Notes under the pieces: model-generated
Told to the model about the DNA's origin: nothing
The model's database searches: none
Seen by the model: the letters and a program-made list of their open reading frames with translations, nothing else
DNA from: Candidatus Thorarchaeota archaeon
GTDB lineage: Archaea > Asgardarchaeota > Thorarchaeia > Thorarchaeales > Thorarchaeaceae
Assembly: GCA_048882385.1 (NCBI GenBank)
Contig: JBHLRQ010000031.1
Span: 1 to 31,034, forward strand
Length of the DNA stretch: 31,034 bases
Direction of reading: 5' to 3'
Made by a program: the position numbers and the translations under genes
Shown: piece by piece, positions 24,977-31,034 of the stretch
Numbering within the stretch: position 1 is the first letter of the stretch
Layout: the number at the start of each line of letters is the position of its first letter

Positions 24977-26365
24977 CTAACGTTTGAACGTTTCTTCAAG
25001 AGCCTTGTCCCATTCATCAACTTCAGACTCATCGCCCTTTCGTTTCTTTCTGGCTTTGGTACGGGCTTTTCGAGCTTTTTCAGCCTCGCGTTTTTTGCGA
25101 GCTAACTCCTTCTTCCTTAGCTTCACAGCCTCTTTCTCTTCCTTGGTCATCTCCTCCTTCTCAACGACTTCTCTTCTAGAGAACCAAGAGATTATCATGG
25201 CTGTAAATGGAAATAGTAAGACGACTGGTACAAGAAACAGAAGAACAATTTCGGGTTGGATGAGTTCCACGCTGCTCTGTATTCCAATAGGCAAGTTGAG
25301 GAGTATTGAAACCACGCTAGGACTCATCAAAATGAATGATAGTGAAACAACTGTGAGAAATCTTATTGCAGACCCTGTTATGGTTGAACCAATGACATAT
25401 GATGATGAAGGTGCTGCAGCTTTTGCAGTAAGTTCATCTCTGGCTCTTGAATCGGTCTGGAGTAATTCGTCAACGTAGATTTGAAGTCTACGAACATCAG
25501 AAACTGCATCAAGGCTCTCTAAAGCATCCTGGGTTCCAACCACTTTACGTTCAATAGCCTCTCTAAGAAAGGAGAATGCTGTTGCTCCTGTTGTACGACT
25601 CATACCAGTTGTACTTACTTTTTCTCCACGCTCAATCGCATCTTGTTTTCTCGTAGCTTGACGTAGTGCTAGAAGCTGTTTCTTCAGTGTTTCCTCTCGA
25701 TCCTCGACTGGCTTTCCAACGGAGTAGCTGTATATCATCTGATAACTGACTTCAAGATACGCAAACGAAACTAGGGCTAATAGTTGAGCTGGCATCTGGA
25801 GAAAGACCATGAAATCCCCTGGAAATGGATTAAGGTCAGGGACGATGAGAGCCCTAAAAGCTGCAAGTATCACTATCGCTTGAATCGAGAGAAATGCTCC
25901 ACCTACATACTTATGCTCCATTCGAGCAAGTGACTGCAAGAATAATGCAATTCCAACTCCAGCAAAAAGGAAGTACAGAAAGAGGAATGTGTTGTCCCAA
26001 AGAGCGAAGAGTACATCCAAAAGATTTGTTTGGAAAGAGGTCCAAACTTCCGCTACATTGGTCAGAGGATCTGAAACCCCGTAGGGTTGCATATACCAAG
26101 TTCTAAGAACCAATGTATTGTAGAGACCTATAATCAGATCACTTGGCATTGCACCTCCAGCGAATGCACTCACCAGCCCACTAATCATTGTAGTAGTTAG
26201 AAAGAACACAATAAGAGAGAGAAGTCTGAATACTGTAACCACGAAGTTATACGGAGCATCCCAGTGCCAAAAATCATTGACATCAAGTAGGTAGTAAACA
26301 AGAAATGCCATACCAGCGAAGGTAGCGATGGATGCAATGCGAAGTATCCAAGTGACAACCTTCAA
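24977..26365 (-). CDS. Polytopic membrane protein of unknown function with a highly charged C-terminal tail
   Basis: About 7-8 TM segments, a large soluble loop and a K/R/E-rich tail; 4-nt overlap with the DUF58 gene. Confidence 0.8.
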   Translation of the reverse strand: MKVVTWILRIASIATFAGMAFLVYYLLDVNDFWHWDAPYNFVVTVFRLLSLIVFFLTTTMISGLVSAFAGGAMPSDLIIGLYNTLVLRTWYMQPYGVSDPLTNVAEVWTSFQTNLLDVLFALWDNTFLFLYFLFAGVGIALFLQSLARMEHKYVGGAFLSIQAIVILAAFRALIVPDLNPFPGDFMVFLQMPAQLLALVSFAYLEVSYQMIYSYSVGKPVEDREETLKKQLLALRQATRKQDAIERGEKVSTTGMSRTTGATAFSFLREAIERKVVGTQDALESLDAVSDVRRLQIYVDELLQTDSRARDELTAKAAAPSSSYVIGSTITGSAIRFLTVVSLSFILMSPSVVSILLNLPIGIQSSVELIQPEIVLLFLVPVVLLFPFTAMIISWFSRREVVEKEEMTKEEKEAVKLRKKELARKKREAEKARKARTKARKKRKGDESEVDEWDKALEETFKR

Positions 26366-27684
26366 AATGTTGCCACCCCCTTCTGTTTTGCTTGTTCGTA
26401 TGTCCTGATGATTGTCGGCAAGAAATCTTCAGGGCCTACATTGATGACTTGAATATTAAACCTAGCAAGTGCTCGAGCAATCTTGGTTCTACGTTCCCAG
26501 AGTTCCTCTGAAACAGCTTCTGAAAGCACCTTTTCAACTGGTCCAAACTGACCAACAGGCGCTTCAAACCAAGGACCAAAAGGACTAATCACCATGGCTT
26601 TGTGTCCATTTGCAACAAGTGTCTTCATTGCATTTAGTAGAGGAGCTGGACTTTGTTCCAAGTCTGTCAACCAGATGATCAATGACCGTTTCTTACTTTG
26701 TGTCACAACATGTGAAATTGCTGTTTCGTAATCGCTCCAACCCATTGGTTCTGCCATAGCGAGAATCTCTAGAACATCATACATGTGATTAGGTCTTGCT
26801 CCTGGAGGCACATATCCATGAACCATGTCGCTGAACACACATGTGCCAACTAGATCTTTCCTTTCAAGACCCATGTGTGTGAGTAGAACAGCTGCTCTTA
26901 TTGCATACTCAAGCTTAGTATTTTCTGGGTACCCGTTACCCATACTACCACTAGTATCAACCATGCAGATTACCTGGACATTTTTCTCTTGCTCCCATTG
27001 TTTGATGACCATGTCACCACGTTTTGCACTAGTCTTCCAATCGATGAGTCGGAATTCATCCCCAGGAACATATTCTCTGAAACCAGCAAAATCAGTCCCC
27101 ATTCCCACTGTCTTGGTGCGATGTGCTCCAAACATGAGACCAAGCTGTCGTTGCTTGCCAAGAGCTTCCATTCGACGGACGTCCTTCCAAGTAGGATAGA
27201 CTAGGACCTCAGTCTGTTCCTTGAGGATTCGCTTGTAATAATGAAGACCAAGTCGGTCACGCATAATGACTTCTGTGGGTCCCAAGTAATAGCGTCCACG
27301 CATGCGTGCTTGTAGAATATATGAGAAAGTCATACTGCTTCCGGGTTCAATCCTTGAAGCCATGAAGTTCTCGCCAATTGCTAGAATCCAAGTTTCTGGG
27401 TATTGGTCATGGACTTCAATGAAATCAAAATGACGCCTGGATGCATTACGAATTGTAACTCTCACACGAATGAAATCGCTTGAGAACACCTTTACCTTGT
27501 CAATTTGACGATCCACTTCAATGCCAGCTAGATTAGCAGTCAATGCAAAGAGAGGCAACGTGACGACTAGACCAATCACGAGATAGACTCCTAAGAGGAC
27601 GAGGTAGAAGTTTAGAAAGGAGAATCCACTAGTCAATAATAGAACTCCTGCGAAGACTACCACGAAGCCTCTCTGCGTTATCAC
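26362..27684 (-). CDS. DUF58 / vWA-like MoxR partner protein
   Basis: RGRY, VYP, DFAGFREYVPGDEFRLIDWKTSAK, MIDAS-like DTSGSM, TD. Confidence 0.92.
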   Translation of the reverse strand: MITQRGFVVVFAGVLLLTSGFSFLNFYLVLLGVYLVIGLVVTLPLFALTANLAGIEVDRQIDKVKVFSSDFIRVRVTIRNASRRHFDFIEVHDQYPETWILAIGENFMASRIEPGSSMTFSYILQARMRGRYYLGPTEVIMRDRLGLHYYKRILKEQTEVLVYPTWKDVRRMEALGKQRQLGLMFGAHRTKTVGMGTDFAGFREYVPGDEFRLIDWKTSAKRGDMVIKQWEQEKNVQVICMVDTSGSMGNGYPENTKLEYAIRAAVLLTHMGLERKDLVGTCVFSDMVHGYVPPGARPNHMYDVLEILAMAEPMGWSDYETAISHVVTQSKKRSLIIWLTDLEQSPAPLLNAMKTLVANGHKAMVISPFGPWFEAPVGQFGPVEKVLSEAVSEELWERRTKIARALARFNIQVINVGPEDFLPTIIRTYEQAKQKGVATF

Positions 27685-27715
27685 TACTCACATTCTCCTG
27701 AGAGGGGTATAGCTG

Positions 27716-28708
27716 CTACTTGGGACAGTCGACTTCACCGAGAATCTTAGCTACTACTCTAGCTACTGTGAGTCCTTCAAGCTCAGCCTCAGGCTTTAGG
27801 ATCAGTCTGTGGTTCAGTGCTTGAACTGTGAGTTGTCGTACATCCTCAGGAACCACATAATCTCGACCGCTCATAGCAGCCCTTGTCTTGGATCCATCCA
27901 TAAGAACCAGAGATGCTCTTGGTGAACCTCCGAGCAGAATCTGTGGGTCGTTCCGGGTTCGAACAACTATATCTCGAATGTAGTTGATGATATCCTCCTC
28001 AATGAAGACTGTTCTGCAGGTGTTCTGCATCCTTACCATCAGTGATGGGTCTGCAAGAACACTGAGATCTGTCGCTTCACCAAGGTGCTTCCTTCTAATG
28101 ACCTCGGCTTCCTCAGAATCCGTCGGGTAGTCGAGTAGAAGCCTGAACATGAACCTATCAAGCTGTGCCTCAGGAAGGGGATAGGTTCCTTCCTGTTCCA
28201 CAGGGTTCTGTGTAGCGATGATCAGGAATGGTCTTGGGAGCTTTCTGGTCACTCCCTCTATTGACACCTGGCGCTCCTCCATCACTTCAAGCAGTGCGCT
28301 CTGTGACTTTGGAGGGCATCTGTTGATTTCATCCGCCAAGACCAGGTTTGAGAACACTGGACCTTTTCGGAACCAGAATTCACCTGTTCTCTGGTTGAAT
28401 ACATTGCTCCCCAGCAGGTCTGCTGGGAGCGTATCCACTGTAAGCTGTATTCGTTTGAATGCACAACCGAGGATTGATGCAAAGGTCCGTGCCATGTAGG
28501 TCTTCGCTATACCTGGCACACCCTCAAGCACAACGTGACCGTTGGAGAGGAAAGCAATCAAGATGTCCCGAAGGATGTCATCCTTTCCAACGATAATACG
28601 GCCACATTCTCGAATAATATCACTCGTGAGTTTGTGTACCTCATCAATTGACATCGTCGCGGAGGTATCCACAACCACAGTGTCGTTCGTTTCTTCTTCT
28701 GTCGTCAA
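27716..28708 (-). CDS. moxR: MoxR family AAA+ ATPase
   Basis: GHVVLEGVPGIAKT, RIQ, LADEINR, ATQNPVEQEGTYPLPEAQLDRF, GGSPRA. Confidence 0.95.
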   Translation of the reverse strand: MTTEEETNDTVVVDTSATMSIDEVHKLTSDIIRECGRIIVGKDDILRDILIAFLSNGHVVLEGVPGIAKTYMARTFASILGCAFKRIQLTVDTLPADLLGSNVFNQRTGEFWFRKGPVFSNLVLADEINRCPPKSQSALLEVMEERQVSIEGVTRKLPRPFLIIATQNPVEQEGTYPLPEAQLDRFMFRLLLDYPTDSEEAEVIRRKHLGEATDLSVLADPSLMVRMQNTCRTVFIEEDIINYIRDIVVRTRNDPQILLGGSPRASLVLMDGSKTRAAMSGRDYVVPEDVRQLTVQALNHRLILKPEAELEGLTVARVVAKILGEVDCPK

Positions 28709-28720
28709 TTTCTTCTACCT

Positions 28721-30121
28721 CTATTTTCTTTTTGTTGTATCTATCATGTTTGATTGGATATTACGCATGAAAAAGAAGAGCTCCATCATCTCGCTCTCCT
28801 TGATTGAAATATTCGGATCGGACGAGATGTCCTCAATCCGTTTAATCATTCTAAAGAACTCATCCTGCTTCAGTTTGGGATCTTTGTAATGCATTACTTC
28901 CCATACTTTCTCAGGATTGTATTCAGTCCATTGTTGGGCTTTCCGTAAACCTCGTCTTAGTCGTCTGTAAAGCATCTTTACTACACGAGCATAGTTTCCT
29001 TCAGTTCTGTAGTAGGACATCCTTTCGCTGAAGTATGTCTGCCCTCTTCTGAGAAAGACATCTGATACACTCTTTACCTCTGGTTTTTTGATATCTGGCA
29101 AGTACTTTCTAATGCCTACTGCAGTAAAGAGAGGATAGATTGCTGATAGCCAAGGCATTGAAGACAACCATAGAACTCGGCCAAGGTACAGACCGAAAAA
29201 GAACTCACTCTCAGTGAAAGGCACCTCAAGAAGTTGTTCGCAGAATAGTACTGGTTGTGTTGTATCACCATGAGTGAGCCACTCTATTATATTCGCGCCA
29301 AATCGTTGATTTCCAGAGAATCGTCCATACATATCGTTATTGAAAACACTCGGGTCGCTGACTGCGACAATCCTCCCGCCAATGGAGCTGTTCACACTTG
29401 ACAAGTCAATGGCACCTGCTACAGGAAGGCTACCACTCCATTCGTCTGGGTCTGGATCTGGTGTTGGATCACTGATGTTCTTTTCACACCAAGCTCTGGG
29501 TGTAGTCCAAGCAATGCCTGCTTGTCCCATCATACTATACGGATTAAGAGCCGAAGCCCAGTTTAAATGAATCTCAGTCACTCCAGCAGTCAGTGCTCCA
29601 CCATCGAATCCCGCTCGTAAATCAGTGATGATGGGCAATCGTGGCTCTTTCGAAGTGTCATAAGAGTCCAAGTCCAAGAGTACTCCTCCTGTAAATGAGA
29701 GTAGACCTGCACTTTGGTTATCTCCAGAGAGAGCACCTAAGAGATAGTTTAGTAACGCGAACGACGAATTCGCAGACCCAAAGTCATCAGCTATGAAAAC
29801 TCCACCTCCCATCAGTAAATGCGAGTAGATTACAAATGCCGCATCCAAACTGAAGTCCCTCACAGGACCCATGATGGCAATTACTGCAGAGCCATTGTAT
29901 CGCGTGGCAACACTCATGCTTGCTTGAATTGAAAGAACTTCTCTTCCTGTATCTGAAATACTAGATGAGTACTGGCTAAGACCAAACTCAGAGTCATTGT
30001 AGATTGAAAAGTCATAGGCATAGTGTGATGTAGCTCCAACCAATGGACCTATAGCTAGAAAAGCTACTGGAAGCCATGACAAGAAGAAAAGGATGACTTG
30101 CCCGTACTCTTTCCAGCCCAT
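28721..30121 (-). CDS. DUF4350-like (GATase-like fold) membrane-anchored protein
   Basis: FSIYN...GLS, GGGVFIADDFG, GRIVAVSDPSVFNNDM, N..F..N; context in a MoxR operon. Confidence 0.75.
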   Translation of the reverse strand: MGWKEYGQVILFFLSWLPVAFLAIGPLVGATSHYAYDFSIYNDSEFGLSQYSSSISDTGREVLSIQASMSVATRYNGSAVIAIMGPVRDFSLDAAFVIYSHLLMGGGVFIADDFGSANSSFALLNYLLGALSGDNQSAGLLSFTGGVLLDLDSYDTSKEPRLPIITDLRAGFDGGALTAGVTEIHLNWASALNPYSMMGQAGIAWTTPRAWCEKNISDPTPDPDPDEWSGSLPVAGAIDLSSVNSSIGGRIVAVSDPSVFNNDMYGRFSGNQRFGANIIEWLTHGDTTQPVLFCEQLLEVPFTESEFFFGLYLGRVLWLSSMPWLSAIYPLFTAVGIRKYLPDIKKPEVKSVSDVFLRRGQTYFSERMSYYRTEGNYARVVKMLYRRLRRGLRKAQQWTEYNPEKVWEVMHYKDPKLKQDEFFRMIKRIEDISSDPNISIKESEMMELFFFMRNIQSNMIDTTKRK

Positions 30122-30139
30122 TAGTATCTCTCCGTTTTC

Positions 30140-31034
30140 TTACTCTACTGGTGCAGTTGAATCAATTCTGGGATATAGATCAGTGAAAATTCGAACTGCT
30201 TCTTCATACCTCTCACGAGTCATTTCATGATGTGAGAAGCGAGCCTCTTCGTATGTCTGCACGAACTGTTCCACAGTCGCAAGATCAAGTGGGATAGTTT
30301 GAAGGACCCGGTCTAAGTACTCGCGAGCGGTTTCGTTGTGACCTCGCTCCGAGCCAATTTTTGTACCGCACATCTGTTCGAAGGTTCGATACGCCAGTGT
30401 TATTGACGCACCATACTTGCCAGTATCTGCCAACTTCTTGATGTTTCGTAACTTTGTGGGTATATCAATCCCTCTCGAAATTCCTGGGGCGCCGCGGAAC
30501 ATACCCCTTACTATATACAGATACGCCAGGACGGCGATCACTGCACCTACAAGCAAGATACCTGCTATGAGTAAATCTGTTCCTTGCAATGGATTACCAC
30601 CTGCTGTTTGAATATTAATTGTGAAGCCACTATACACAATTGGTGTGACTTCTGCTGATAGAAGTGTAAGTGTGAAGGATATAGAAGTTCCTTCTACGAA
30701 TGGACCCAATTGATAGGAAATGACTCCGTCAGAACCTGTGGACATAATGAAATTGTCACTATCGTTCAGTCTCAAACGGACATTTCGATTGAGTATTGGA
30801 TTACCATCTAGTCCCGCGAGTCTGAATTCTATTGAGAATTGTGCTCCGGGATCCACTCTTGTTGGAGTTGACGATTGAAAGTCAACATCTGTGAAAACAT
30901 GAATCGAATTGGTCGACTCAAATGAGTCTGGATCAATGAATGGCCCACCAGGGTAAAAAGCAGTAACCGTGAAGAGACCATCCCCTTCTGTCCAAGACAC
31001 GGGTACAGTCAATTCTACTGTCATTCTACCGGTT
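30140..31034 (-). CDS. C-terminal part of a large surface protein ending in a TM helix and DUF4129 domain (5' end outside the window)
   Basis: Frame stays open to the window end; Ig-like beta-rich region, TM helix, then AYR...ETAREY...YEEARFS. Confidence 0.8.
   Translation of the reverse strand, partial: TGRMTVELTVPVSWTEGDGLFTVTAFYPGGPFIDPDSFESTNSIHVFTDVDFQSSTPTRVDPGAQFSIEFRLAGLDGNPILNRNVRLRLNDSDNFIMSTGSDGVISYQLGPFVEGTSISFTLTLLSAEVTPIVYSGFTINIQTAGGNPLQGTDLLIAGILLVGAVIAVLAYLYIVRGMFRGAPGISRGIDIPTKLRNIKKLADTGKYGASITLAYRTFEQMCGTKIGSERGHNETAREYLDRVLQTIPLDLATVEQFVQTYEEARFSHHEMTRERYEEAVRIFTDLYPRIDSTAPVE

Noticed and set aside
24958-25032. N-terminal extension of the DHH ORF
   Set aside because: It overlaps the upstream gene; the DHH domain starts at MTKSVVLTH (24957).
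1-31034. CRISPR arrays, tRNA/rRNA genes, transposases, integrases
   Set aside because: No spaced direct repeats, cloverleaf-like GC-rich segments or mobile-element protein motifs were seen by eye; a covariance-model scan would be needed to exclude small RNAs.

Overview
Gene-dense chromosomal window from an archaeon, most likely an Asgard archaeon (Thorarchaeia-like). The assignment rests on two tandem Asgard-type profilins, a 24-aa-period LRR protein, archaeal TATA boxes and GGTGA ribosome-binding sites, and frequent TTG/GTG starts. About 33 ordinary genes can be called: a membrane pyrophosphatase, GYD protein, methyltransferases, M14 and M42 peptidases, flavodoxin, an ABC-2 exporter, an MFS transporter, TrmB and ArsR-type regulators, an OPT transporter, a DHH phosphoesterase and a MoxR/DUF58/DUF4350/DUF4129 operon. 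I saw no rRNA, tRNA, CRISPR array or mobile element. The most notable unannotated signals are: (1) a three-peptide mini-operon (35, 29 and 38 aa, 18381-18707, minus strand) below the ORF-track cutoff, with its own TATA box, RBS and 3' hairpins, whose first two peptides look paralogous; (2) a divergent tandem profilin pair; (3) an OPT transporter carrying three gapless 100-aa membrane repeats; (4) a membrane PPase with a remodelled ion gate; (5) a repeated TGT(C/T)ACTCCT-N3-GTGACA operator linking the TrmB gene and the ABC exporter. All family calls come from motif recognition by eye; no database search was run.
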